Source of the DNA: Candidatus Caldarchaeum sp.
Lineage (GTDB): Archaea > Thermoproteota > Nitrososphaeria_A > Caldarchaeales > Caldarchaeaceae
Length of the DNA: 64,000 bases
Direction of reading: 5' to 3'
NCBI GenBank assembly: GCA_038885755.1
Contig: JAVZZH010000003.1
Coordinates: 1 to 64,000 of the forward strand
This document shows, in pieces, positions 18,224-27,123 of the stretch. Numbering within the stretch: position 1 is the stretch's first letter; each line of letters starts with the position of its first letter. The translations under genes and the position numbers were made by a program. Below the pieces are notes generated by a model. It searched no databases. It worked only from the letters and a program-made list of their open reading frames with translations, and was not told where the DNA came from.

Positions 18224-19299
18224 GGCTTCTGTGAAAGCACGTGCTCAGCCACTCTGTCCATTAGTTCTTCGAAGGATTGAGTGCTGACGACACCGTTCGG
18301 CAGTGGCTTTTCCTTGCTAAAGCCAAAAATCGCTACATCCTCGGCGGCGTTAAAATTTTCAAGCATCTTCAGCATCGCGTCTTTCCTTTTAACCGTGTCG
18401 TCTACAAAGGTTGCATAATGCGGTGGGCTGACTACAAACGGCCTGAATTTCGAAACGGCTGCAACGACAGTGAGAATATCTTCAACGGGTAAGTACCTGC
18501 TTCTTTTAGCGCCGAATCCGCCTCCTGTGAAAAGCCTCGAGATAGCAATCAAACTAATCTTCACTCTCGACAGTCTGTCGTCTACAGCGTCCTCAATTTT
18601 TATTGTGCTCGTCCGCCCTATTTTGTCAAGGTTCAGGTTGAATGTTAATCCGTAAACAGCTGAGGCCAGCTCGACGTAGTATATCATTTGACCCGCTCGC
18701 TCAGCCGCCGATGGCTCGCTTCCTTGACTTTGGCCCTTACCGGCCTGGCTTTCCTTCGACTCACTGATCATATGCCTCACGTGGAACTGGCTCTCGATGG
18801 CTGTCGCCTCCAACCCGTCGAAGACCGGAACGGCGTATCCTACCTGAAAACAGGAAGTCCTTTTGACTGGAACCCCCTCCGCTATCAGGAACCCGCCTAC
18901 GTCCGCGATTAGGCTGCTCCGTACTACCTCTTTCTCGATCTCGTGCTTGATGTCGGATGTGTCTTTCTGTTTTTTAGATTCCTTCGCTTGGCTGATTAAT
19001 TCTTTCAGCGTTTCGGTCATGTGCTTCATGTCGGCGAATTTGATGAATTCACCGCGACGAGACCATTCGTCTAGAGGTGCTTTGTCGCCGTAGAGGTTCA
19101 ATGCTTCCTCCACCAAGGCTTGCTGGTATCCGTGTCCAATGCTTTCTCCACTTATCGCCGGCACGTATAGAAGCCTGAACCCGGAGCTTGACGGTATAAC
19201 TATGGGAGCTTTTCTGTGTTTGGATACGTTTCCGATGCTTTCAACCATGTTAAGGGCTTCGACGTTGCAGAGGAACCTCAGCCCCAGAGAAATATGCAT
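18220..19299 (-). CDS. cas7: Type I-A Cas7 (Csa2)
   Basis: NVEALNMVES.GN, VPAISGESIGHGYQ, DVGGFL, KRTS, QFHVR and GAKRSRYLP. Confidence 0.96.
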   Translation of the reverse strand: MHISLGLRFLCNVEALNMVESIGNVSKHRKAPIVIPSSSGFRLLYVPAISGESIGHGYQQALVEEALNLYGDKAPLDEWSRRGEFIKFADMKHMTETLKELISQAKESKKQKDTSDIKHEIEKEVVRSSLIADVGGFLIAEGVPVKRTSCFQVGYAVPVFDGLEATAIESQFHVRHMISESKESQAGKGQSQGSEPSAAERAGQMIYYVELASAVYGLTFNLNLDKIGRTSTIKIEDAVDDRLSRVKISLIAISRLFTGGGFGAKRSRYLPVEDILTVVAAVSKFRPFVVSPPHYATFVDDTVKRKDAMLKMLENFNAAEDVAIFGFSKEKPLPNGVVSTQSFEELMDRVAEHVLSQKP

Positions 19300-19638
19300 C
19301 TATTCCTCACTTCCGCTCTTGTGGGGATATGCGAGCGAGAGCCCGGCCAGAACTTTCGCGGCGCTGAGGTCTCTGTGGAAAAGGTCCACCACCTCTCTGA
19401 CCACAGACTCTGAGGGTAGATGCACTTTCTCCCCTGAGTCTGCGGCGCTGCGAGCCTCCCTCATCGCCTCTTGCAGAGCTGTTTCTGCAATGAAGTTGTT
19501 GAAGGCGTTGGCAAGCCTGTCTACGTATCCATACCTGCTCTCCATCACGAAATAGCGGAGTGTTCGAGCCACATCCATCAAACAGCTCCATTCTCTTTCT
19601 GTGAACCTTGAACCCTGTTTTGTGGACGTAGGGTCCAT
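19300..19638 (-). CDS. csa5: Type I-A small subunit Csa5 (Cas11)
   Basis: YGYVDRLANA...AL.EA.R; first gene of the interference operon. Confidence 0.88.
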   Translation of the reverse strand: MDPTSTKQGSRFTEREWSCLMDVARTLRYFVMESRYGYVDRLANAFNNFIAETALQEAMREARSAADSGEKVHLPSESVVREVVDLFHRDLSAAKVLAGLSLAYPHKSGSEE

Positions 19639-19679
19639 GCTTTTAATGCGTTAGGTCTGGTAATAAGCGTTTCTATGTT

Positions 19680-19727
19680 ATTGGAAAGTTTCCAATCCGC
19701 CGGAAACTATAAAGACAGCTTGGAAAC
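19680..19727. promoter_or_regulatory. Palindromic operator in the csa5/csa3 divergent promoter (probable Csa3 site)
   Basis: Perfect ATTGGAAA-G-TTTCCAAT (19680-19696) plus extra GGAAAC half-sites near 19702 and 19722. Confidence 0.7.
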
Positions 19728-19739
19728 AAATACAGAATC

Positions 19740-20396
19740 GTGGGAAAGACCATTTTGGTGACGCTCGGCTACACTGAATGGCCGGTGGTTTCTTCGCTTC
19801 TCAAACACGGGCTGGAGCACGGCGATAAAGTAGCCACGGTCATCCCATCGAGAAGCGATCCAAGGTCCCAAGCGACGCTTTCAGAGATAAGAAGCTTTCT
19901 TTCAAAATTTGTCGTGGATGTTGAGCTTGAATCTGTTCCTGTCGACGTCCATGATTTCGAAAAGTCCGTAATCACTCTGGTTGGGTATCTAAGGAAGGAA
20001 GCGGCGAGCGGCAGGAGGCTTGTGGTGAACTTGAGCGGCGGCATGAAGATTCTAGTCCTCGAGGTCTTCACAGCCCTGTTTCTCTCCCATGTCGAGAATG
20101 TTCAGGCTGAGATAATCACCGAGGACAAGGTTGAGGTATCCCTGCCGGCTTTGTGGAGGACGGGGTCTGTGGCCATGCTGCGAGACACGGACCTTAGGAT
20201 TCTTGAGCTATGCATGCGGAGTCAAAACGTTGTTTCCATCGCTAAAGGTTTGAAAAAGCCTGTCTCGACGACTTATCGATGGGTGAGAAGGCTGGAGAGA
20301 GCTGGCTTCGTCCAGACGATCAAGAGGGACAGAGGGCGTTTTGTCCAGATCACCGGGTTGGGGAGAATCGTTTTTGAGGCCTCTAGGGCGGGTTGA
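19740..20396 (+). CDS. csa3: Csa3 CARF-wHTH transcriptional regulator
   Basis: LVTLGY, VNLSGGMKIL and C-terminal wHTH (IAK.L.KP.ST.YR.V..LE..GFV). Confidence 0.92.
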   Translation: MGKTILVTLGYTEWPVVSSLLKHGLEHGDKVATVIPSRSDPRSQATLSEIRSFLSKFVVDVELESVPVDVHDFEKSVITLVGYLRKEAASGRRLVVNLSGGMKILVLEVFTALFLSHVENVQAEIITEDKVEVSLPALWRTGSVAMLRDTDLRILELCMRSQNVVSIAKGLKKPVSTTYRWVRRLERAGFVQTIKRDRGRFVQITGLGRIVFEASRAG

Positions 20397-20437
20397 AGTT
20401 TTTGAAAAAGTTTTTCCCCCTCTCTACATCGCTTTGA

Positions 20438-21331
20438 GTGGGGCGGATGGTTGTAAGTTATTGTTTGAAAATGGTCAGCCTGCGCCCGTTGGAGGTTAGG
20501 TTTTTCTCTGGATACGCTGTCCGGGGAGTCTTTTTTCACGCCCTCAAGTCTGTCGACCCTGAGTTTGCGACAAAAGTTCACGAGCAGAGGCTTCTGAGCC
20601 CCTACAGCGTATCACCGATAGAAACCGTGAGGGGGAGAAGTTTTTTCTACGGCGTGATCAATCCAGGTGTCCCGTTCCAGTTCAGGATTAATGCGTTGGA
20701 TGATAAGGTTGCGGATGTTTTCGGCAGGTTTCTGCTTTCGGGCGAGGTCCCTAGGATAGTGGTCGGCGGTGTTGAAGTTTCGTTGAACGAGGTTTCTGTT
20801 GTTAACTGGGCTCGCGATACGCATGATAGGGATGAGGAATCGTCAAGGTTTGAGGTTGTGTTCCAGTCGCCGACTTTCTTCCGCAGTACTCAGAAAGGGG
20901 TTGGGTTTTTCAGGTCGCTGTTGCCCAGGCGCTTACGCCCCAAGGTCAGGCCGGTCTACCGCTACGTGATCGTGCCGGACCCTTACCTGTTCTTCCGCAA
21001 CCTTGCAAGGCTGTACAGGCAGTTTGGCTATGGGAATTTCCGCTACAAGTCTTTCTCCGAATGGCTTCTGGAAGGTGGCGTGGCTTTGGAAACATACAGC
21101 AGGCTGCGCGCTTACAAGGTCTACGAAAGTAATGGCAGGTGGTCTCGCGGGTTTGTTGGAAGAGCTGTTTTCAGCATTCCGTCAGACCTGTATGACGGGA
21201 AGATGGCGAGGATTTCCTCTTCACTTCTGCGGTTTTCGTTTTTTAGCAACGTTGGCGGCAACCGGACGGCGGGGTTCGGAGTGGTTAGCCATCGTTTTCT
21301 GAACGATCGAGGAGGTGCGGGGAGTGAGTGA
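20438..21331 (+). CDS. cas6: Cas6 crRNA endoribonuclease
   Basis: PYSVSP, F.SPT.FR, P.P...F..L and C-terminal G-loop NVGGNRTAGFG. Confidence 0.92.
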   Translation: MGRMVVSYCLKMVSLRPLEVRFFSGYAVRGVFFHALKSVDPEFATKVHEQRLLSPYSVSPIETVRGRSFFYGVINPGVPFQFRINALDDKVADVFGRFLLSGEVPRIVVGGVEVSLNEVSVVNWARDTHDRDEESSRFEVVFQSPTFFRSTQKGVGFFRSLLPRRLRPKVRPVYRYVIVPDPYLFFRNLARLYRQFGYGNFRYKSFSEWLLEGGVALETYSRLRAYKVYESNGRWSRGFVGRAVFSIPSDLYDGKMARISSSLLRFSFFSNVGGNRTAGFGVVSHRFLNDRGGAGSE

Positions 21332-22286
21332 GCTGGTTATCGACAAGCCGGGTTCTTATCTAGGGGTTAGGAAGGGGTTGTTCTATTTGAAGTCTCGCGA
21401 TGGTTCGAGGGTTGAGTTGCCGCCGGTGAGTCTTTCGCATATTTCGATAAGATGCCGTGGTGTTGGTGTTTCGGCTGATGCTTTGAAGCTTGCTGCGAGG
21501 TTTGGTGTCGAGTTGACTGTTTATCACCGCGGCAGGCCTGTCAGCAGGGTTTTGCATGCTTTGAAGGGCGGGGGTGTGTTGACGAGGCTTGCGCAGATTG
21601 AGGCTGTTCGGGATGGAAGGGGGCTTGAGGTTGCGAGGGAGATTGTTTCAGCGAAGCTTCACAACCAGCGTTTGGTAATCTATCAAAGGGCTCAGTATTT
21701 TCTGGCGAGGAACATGCCTGTCGGTAAAGAGCTTATGGTTTTTGCGGACCGGATTGCTGAGGCAGGTCGTTCTTTGTTGAGCGCTTCTTCTCTTGACAGC
21801 GTAAGGGCTTATGAGGCTCAGGGTGCTTTGAGTTATTGGTCTGGTTTTTCCCTTGTTTTGCCTAGGGAGCTTGGCTTCGTGGGGCGTATTGCGTGGTCTC
21901 CGGATGATGTGTTCAACAAGGCTTTGAACATCGGGTACGGAGTTTTGCGGAGCAGGGTTTGGAGCGCGGTTCTTTCCGCGAATCTGGATCCGTTTGTCGG
22001 GTTTCTTCATCAGCCTCGTGGCAGGCATATGTGTCTGGTTAGTGATTTGATGGAGGAGTTCCGCCCGGGTGTGGTCGATAGGACTATCATGATGATGGCT
22101 GTTGAGAAAATTGAGGCCTTGCTGGATGAGAGGTTGTTTGAAAGGAATGTTGTTTCGGCGGTTGTTCAGACCCTTCAGCGTAGAGACCGGTTTTTTGAGA
22201 GGGCGGTTGTGGAGCAGGCTAGGCGTTTGGCTTCTTTTTTGAGAGGTGAAGTGGAGAGGTATGTGGGTTTCAGGATGAGGTGGTGA
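21315..22286 (+). CDS. cas1: Cas1 (start possibly GTG 21324)
   Basis: EAQGA..YW, N.ALN.GY..L, LDPFVGFLH and LVSDLMEEFR. Confidence 0.96.
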   Translation: MRGVSELVIDKPGSYLGVRKGLFYLKSRDGSRVELPPVSLSHISIRCRGVGVSADALKLAARFGVELTVYHRGRPVSRVLHALKGGGVLTRLAQIEAVRDGRGLEVAREIVSAKLHNQRLVIYQRAQYFLARNMPVGKELMVFADRIAEAGRSLLSASSLDSVRAYEAQGALSYWSGFSLVLPRELGFVGRIAWSPDDVFNKALNIGYGVLRSRVWSAVLSANLDPFVGFLHQPRGRHMCLVSDLMEEFRPGVVDRTIMMMAVEKIEALLDERLFERNVVSAVVQTLQRRDRFFERAVVEQARRLASFLRGEVERYVGFRMRW

Positions 22287-22289
22287 TGG

Positions 22290-22589
22290 TTGTCGACTCA
22301 GCCTGCTTTTATTCTTGTGATTTATGATGTTTCGGATGATTCGAGGCGGTGTGAGCTGGCTGCTGCTTTGAAGAGGCTTGGGCTTACACGTGTTCAGCGG
22401 AGCGCCTTCATCGGCCCGTGTAGCTCTGCCTTGATAAGCGATGTCAAGAATGTTTCGAGGAAGATTATCGATTACGAGACTGATAATGTTCAGATCTATC
22501 CTTTGACGCCTGCTTCTTATCGTTTGAGAGTTGTTGTTGGGAGGGAGTTGCGTGGCGAGGATGATGTGGCTGGTGGTTTTTTGGTTTGA
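22290..22589 (+). CDS. cas2: Cas2
   Basis: LVIYDVSDD.RR and RVQRSAFIG. Confidence 0.95.
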   Translation: MSTQPAFILVIYDVSDDSRRCELAAALKRLGLTRVQRSAFIGPCSSALISDVKNVSRKIIDYETDNVQIYPLTPASYRLRVVVGRELRGEDDVAGGFLV

Positions 22590-23194
22590 GCGAGGATGAT
22601 GAGCTTCTTCCTGTTGGGTTTGTGAAGAATTTCTATTTCTGTGAGCAGATTCCCTACATTAATTTGGTTCTGCGTGTTTTTGAGCCTGAAACGGATAGCA
22701 TGGTTTTTGGTCGTGAGCGCCATCTCCGTTTTCATTCGCAGTATCTGCCTCGCGGCATCGGGGTTGTTAACGTTGAGACGGATGTTAAACTTTTTAGCAG
22801 GAGGCTTGGGTTGTCGGGTGTTTTGGATGCTTTGGTTCATGCCGTTCATGGTGAGCTTGTTCCTTGCGAGTTTAAGCATTCGGGGCTGGTGAGGGGGAGG
22901 CCTCAGCTGAAGGATGTTGTTCAGCTCGCTGCTTACGCCATGCTTGTTGAGGATGTTTATGGCCGTGTCGTGAAAAGAGGTGTGTTGTTTTACAGCGAAG
23001 GCGGGAGTAAGCATGTTGTTTATGTTGACGAGTCTTTGCGTAGGCTTGTGAAGAGGGCTGTTGATGCGATGCGTGTGATGATGGCTTCGGAGAGACCGCC
23101 TAGGAGTAGGAGCTTGGATAAGTGTGGTGTTTGTTGGTATAGTAGGGTGTGCTGGGGTGGGCCTGTTGATAAGTTTTTCGGTAGACGTAGGTAA
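22586..23194 (+). CDS. cas4: Cas4
   Basis: YFC, LSG.LD, E.K, QLAAYA and CxxCxYxxxC Fe-S cysteines. Confidence 0.94.
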   Translation: MSEDDELLPVGFVKNFYFCEQIPYINLVLRVFEPETDSMVFGRERHLRFHSQYLPRGIGVVNVETDVKLFSRRLGLSGVLDALVHAVHGELVPCEFKHSGLVRGRPQLKDVVQLAAYAMLVEDVYGRVVKRGVLFYSEGGSKHVVYVDESLRRLVKRAVDAMRVMMASERPPRSRSLDKCGVCWYSRVCWGGPVDKFFGRRR

Positions 23195-23285
23195 ATAGTT
23201 AAATAGTACCAGTTAACATTTCATAACTGAAAACGGCGCAAGCCAGAACGCCGTAAAACCCCGAAAAACAGCAAAAACAGACTCG
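23195..23285 (+). promoter_or_regulatory. CRISPR leader
   Basis: A-rich non-coding 91 bp between the cas4 stop and the first repeat; the degenerate repeat lies at the opposite end. Confidence 0.8.
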
Positions 23286-24522
23286 GTGATCCCGCAAGAG
23301 GGAATTGAAAGTTTCTTTACAGCTAGTGAATCAACGCCATGCAATAGCGGTGATCCCGCAAGAGGGAATTGAAAGGCGGTGCTCTCGCCAGTCATCAAAA
23401 TAATGTAGTCGAACAAGTGATCCCGCAAGAGGGAATTGAAAGCGTTTTTGTTGGCTGGCTAGGCTAGGTGGCTTTATTCTGCTTCTTTGTGATCCCGCAA
23501 GAGGGAATTGAAAGGCCTACTCCCCATTCCTCCCCCACCCCTGATCACGCAGCCAAGTGATCCCGCAAGAGGGAATTGAAAGTCACAAGCATATTCACAA
23601 TACTTCATCGCCCATCACCTCACCAGTGATCCCGCAAGAGGGAATTGAAAGACACGACATAACGACTAGCTCAAGACACAATAAGTGATCCCGCAAGAGG
23701 GAATTGAAAGTTCGGCCATGTCTGGAGTTAGCACTTTTGGCGCGTGTTGTGATCCCGCAAGAGGGAATTGAAAGTCAGTTATTCGGTCCACCACCCACTG
23801 GATGCCAGCCTGTATGTGATCCCGCAAGAGGGAATTGAAAGTAAAAATCTAACCCCGCCAAACCCCCCGGCATGTAGTCGCCCCAGTGATCCCGCAAGAG
23901 GGAATTGAAAGTTCACTTATGATGGTTAGGCTGGTTTCTTCATCACATTTAGTGATCCCGCAAGAGGGAATTGAAAGTTTAACCTCCTGCTCCAAGTCCT
24001 CCGGCAGCTGCTCAGACATGTGATCCCGCAAGAGGGAATTGAAAGCGAGACGACGCAGGCCGATGCACGAGGTTTGGAGGAGAAAAGTGATCCCGCAAGA
24101 GGGAATTGAAAGGATAGATACTCTGACTTTCAGCGAGGCTGGATAATGTGCTCGCCGTGATCCCGCAAGAGGGAATTGAAAGTGTCCTCGTTTCCACTCC
24201 TCAAGGTGGGTAAAGATCCAGTAGTGATCCCGCAAGAGGGAATTGAAAGATAACGTTGCATACGAAAAACAGTTGCGATTGCCATTCTTCAGTGATCCCG
24301 CAAGAGGGAATTGAAAGATTATCCCGAGGCCTATCCTCCTGTGTCGGAGGTTTTCTCTGTGATCCCGCAAGAGGGAATTGAAAGTGTGACCCTGACCCTC
24401 CAGCCGCAGGGGTTGACGTTCGAGGGGGTGATCCCGCAAGAGGGAATTGAAAGACCACTAGGATGATTAGGGCCAGTATCGGTGCGCTCAGTCCCTGTGA
24501 ACCCGCGAGAAGGAATTGAAAG
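23286..24522 (+). CRISPR. CRISPR array: 19 repeats (GTGATCCCGCAAGAGGGAATTGAAAG, 26 bp) and 18 spacers of 33-46 bp
   Basis: Repeats counted by eye, starting at 23286, 23350, 23417 ... 24428. The terminal copy (24497-24522) has 3 mismatches (GTGAACCCGCGAGAAGGAATTGAAAG). The ATTGAAAG 3' end gives + orientation. Confidence 0.99.
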
Positions 24523-24528
24523 GCAGGC

Positions 24529-26223
24529 CTAGCCGGCCCCCTGCCCAGCCCTAATCCTCTCCATCCTCTCGTCCGACAACTTCTCAAACAACGGCTTCGG
24601 CCTGCCGACACGCTTACCCGGCGCCAGACGCCACGGCCTGTCGCCCAGCCACGACACGCCCTCCAACGGCTCCGACAACATGTTGAGGATGCGCTCGGCT
24701 GTGCTGGGGGTGAACGGGTGGAGAAGGAGAGCGAGAGCCTTGACAGCCTGCGCCGCCACGTAAACCACCGCCGAAGCCTCCTGCCTTCCTGTCTTGACCA
24801 GCCTCCACGGCTCCCTCCTGTTGAGGTAGACGTTCCCCTCGCGAGCCAGCTGCGTCACGGCCTCGAGAGCCTGCCTCAGCCTGACCTCCGACAGCAAAGC
24901 CCCCACCTCCGCGAACATCTTCTCGACAACTTCAAGCATAGCCCTGTCCTCGTCGGCCAGCACACCCGGCTCAGGAATAACGCCGTCGAAGAAACTCACC
25001 ACAAACGTCAGAACACGGTGGACGAAGTTGCCCAAACTATCGTTGAGGTCAGCGTTCACAACGGCCTGCAGCCCGTCGTAGCTGAAGCTCGAATCACCCA
25101 TCTCGGGCCTTATCTTCACCAAGTAGTACCGCCACACATCCGGCTCAAGCATCTTGACAGCTTGGTCGAGCCAAATACCCACGCCCTGACTCTTGGAAAA
25201 CTTCCTACCCTCAAACGTCAGGTACTCTGTGGCGGAGACGATGTGGGGCAGGACGTAGGGCTCGTGGGTTGCCATTAGGAGGGCGGGCAGGATGACCGTG
25301 TGGAACGGGATGTTGTCCTTCCCGATGAAGTAGGCCGTGCGGGTTGAGCTGTCGAGCCAGAAGCTCTTCCACAGCTCCGGCGTCCCACGCCTGTAAGCCC
25401 ACTCAACAGTAGCAGAAACATACCCGAGCACAGCCTCAAACCAGACATAGATCGTCTTGTTCCCGGCGTTGGGGAAAGGAGCTGGAATCCCCCACAAATT
25501 ATCCCTAGTCACAGCCCGTGGCTTCAACCCCTCCCTAATCCAGCTGAGGCTGAAGTTCCTAACCTTGTCAGGCAAGGCCGTGTTAGACACAAGCCAGCTC
25601 CTCAGCCTGTCGGAAAACCTCGGCAAGTCAAAGAACCAGTGAACGCTGCTCTCGACGACGGGTTTTTCGCCGCAGATGCTGCAGCGCGGCTCCACGAGGT
25701 CGGGAGGGTCCAGCACCCTGCCGCACGCCTCGCACTGGTCGCCGCGGGCTCTCAGGTAGCCGCACGAGGGGCAGGTGCCTGTGACGAACCTGTCGGGCAG
25801 GAACCTGCCGCAGTTCCGGCAGTAGAGCTGGCTCGTCTCCTGCTCGTAGATGTAGCCGTTGTCGTAGACCTTCATGAAGAGGTCTCTGCAGAAGTTGATG
25901 TGGATGGGGTTGTGGGTGCGGGTGTAGTTGTCGAAGGAGATGCTGAATTTGCTGAAAAGCTCGACGACGAGGGCGTGGTTCCGGTCGGTTATCTCGCGCG
26001 GGCTGACGCCTTTCTTAGCCGCCTCGACTTCGATGGGCGTGCCGTGCTCGTCGGATCCGCTGACGAAGACGACTTCATGCCCCGCCAGCCTAAGATATCT
26101 TGCGAAAACGTCCGCCGAGAGCTCAGACCCTATCAACGTCCCTAGATGGGGAACGGTGTTGATGTAAGGCCACGCACCGCAGACAACCCACTTGCCTAGC
26201 TCCGACCACCTAAGCATCACCAA
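24529..26223 (-). CDS. metG: Methionine--tRNA ligase
   Basis: AWPY.N..PHLG, SGSDEHG, zinc knuckles, YVWFEA, IGKDNIPFH and KFSKS. Confidence 0.97.
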   Translation of the reverse strand: MVMLRWSELGKWVVCGAWPYINTVPHLGTLIGSELSADVFARYLRLAGHEVVFVSGSDEHGTPIEVEAAKKGVSPREITDRNHALVVELFSKFSISFDNYTRTHNPIHINFCRDLFMKVYDNGYIYEQETSQLYCRNCGRFLPDRFVTGTCPSCGYLRARGDQCEACGRVLDPPDLVEPRCSICGEKPVVESSVHWFFDLPRFSDRLRSWLVSNTALPDKVRNFSLSWIREGLKPRAVTRDNLWGIPAPFPNAGNKTIYVWFEAVLGYVSATVEWAYRRGTPELWKSFWLDSSTRTAYFIGKDNIPFHTVILPALLMATHEPYVLPHIVSATEYLTFEGRKFSKSQGVGIWLDQAVKMLEPDVWRYYLVKIRPEMGDSSFSYDGLQAVVNADLNDSLGNFVHRVLTFVVSFFDGVIPEPGVLADEDRAMLEVVEKMFAEVGALLSEVRLRQALEAVTQLAREGNVYLNRREPWRLVKTGRQEASAVVYVAAQAVKALALLLHPFTPSTAERILNMLSEPLEGVSWLGDRPWRLAPGKRVGRPKPLFEKLSDERMERIRAGQGAG

Positions 26224-26235
26224 GCGATAGGATGG

Positions 26236-26934
26236 TTAAAAACTTATGCAGCCGACAACATCCAAAACCTCCAGCAGCGAGGACACGGTGTAGTCGGGCC
26301 TTACTGGACAGGGCCTGCCACCCCTCCTGTCCACGAGCACGGCGGCAAGCCCAGCGGCCTTGGACCCAGCCACGTCGTTGACCGGGTCATCCCCCACCAT
26401 CAAGCAGTCTCTCGGACGCAGGCCCAGAAGGCTAACGGCCTCGAGGAAAGGCCTTGGGCTCGGCTTGGCTTCAGGCGTGTCCTCGCCAGCCACGACGACC
26501 ACGTCGAAGAAACGCTCCAGCCCCGACATGCCCAGCCTCCATCTCTTCATTCCGGGAAGGCCGTCGGTGTTGGTTATCAGGCCGAGGCGTTGATGCTTCT
26601 CCAGCTCAGCCAGTACCTTTACAGCGTCGGGGAAAGGCTTTCCGCTGCTGTACTCCTCCCAGTAGGCGAGCGTCCATGAACGCAGCACGCCTGCCTCAGG
26701 CCTTCCGTCGAACCCCAGCTCCCTCAGCACATGGATCCACACAACGTCCCTGTCGTAAACCCCCTGCATCTCCACAACCCTCTCGACACGCCTGACGACG
26801 CTGAAAACCTCCTCAGCATCCACGTCGCCGCCTAGAAAACCCGCAATCAACTCAGCAGCCCTCCTCTGAGCCTTCGGAAGAACGCTCAACGAGTCGACCA
26901 AAGTGTTGTCGAAGTCGAAGAAGACCGCCTTCAA
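26236..26934 (-). CDS. HAD-family hydrolase
   Basis: FDFDNTL, ITN, KP.P..F and VGDD..ND. Confidence 0.92.
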   Translation of the reverse strand: MKAVFFDFDNTLVDSLSVLPKAQRRAAELIAGFLGGDVDAEEVFSVVRRVERVVEMQGVYDRDVVWIHVLRELGFDGRPEAGVLRSWTLAYWEEYSSGKPFPDAVKVLAELEKHQRLGLITNTDGLPGMKRWRLGMSGLERFFDVVVVAGEDTPEAKPSPRPFLEAVSLLGLRPRDCLMVGDDPVNDVAGSKAAGLAAVLVDRRGGRPCPVRPDYTVSSLLEVLDVVGCISF

Positions 26935-27123
26935 CCATCCACTCCAGCGAAAACGAGAATATTAACCGAAAACATCGTCGGCAACGCCTAACCACGGCAA
27001 ACCAGAGATGCTCGAAGACGGAATCACTCATAGGCGTGGTCGGTGCTTCAAGCCCAAACCGGTTTGGGGAAGCGCTCTGGAACCACTTTCCGTAAGCCAA
27101 AACATGCGACGATACAGCTTCTC

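Noticed and set aside
23711-23748. Self-targeting of the SCO gene (~1170-1210) by spacer 7 (KVLTPDM vs KILTPEM)
   Set aside because: Many nucleotide mismatches; consistent with chance.
23912-23951. Spacer 10 shares ATGATGGTTAGG with ~12778-12790
   Set aside because: Only 12 nt match; not a protospacer.
23213-24611. ORFs across the CRISPR array (23213-23428, 23849-24439, 24012-24197, 24201-24611)
   Set aside because: Translations of repeats and spacers (recurring FQFPLAGS, LSIPSCGIT, FNSLLRDH); not genes.
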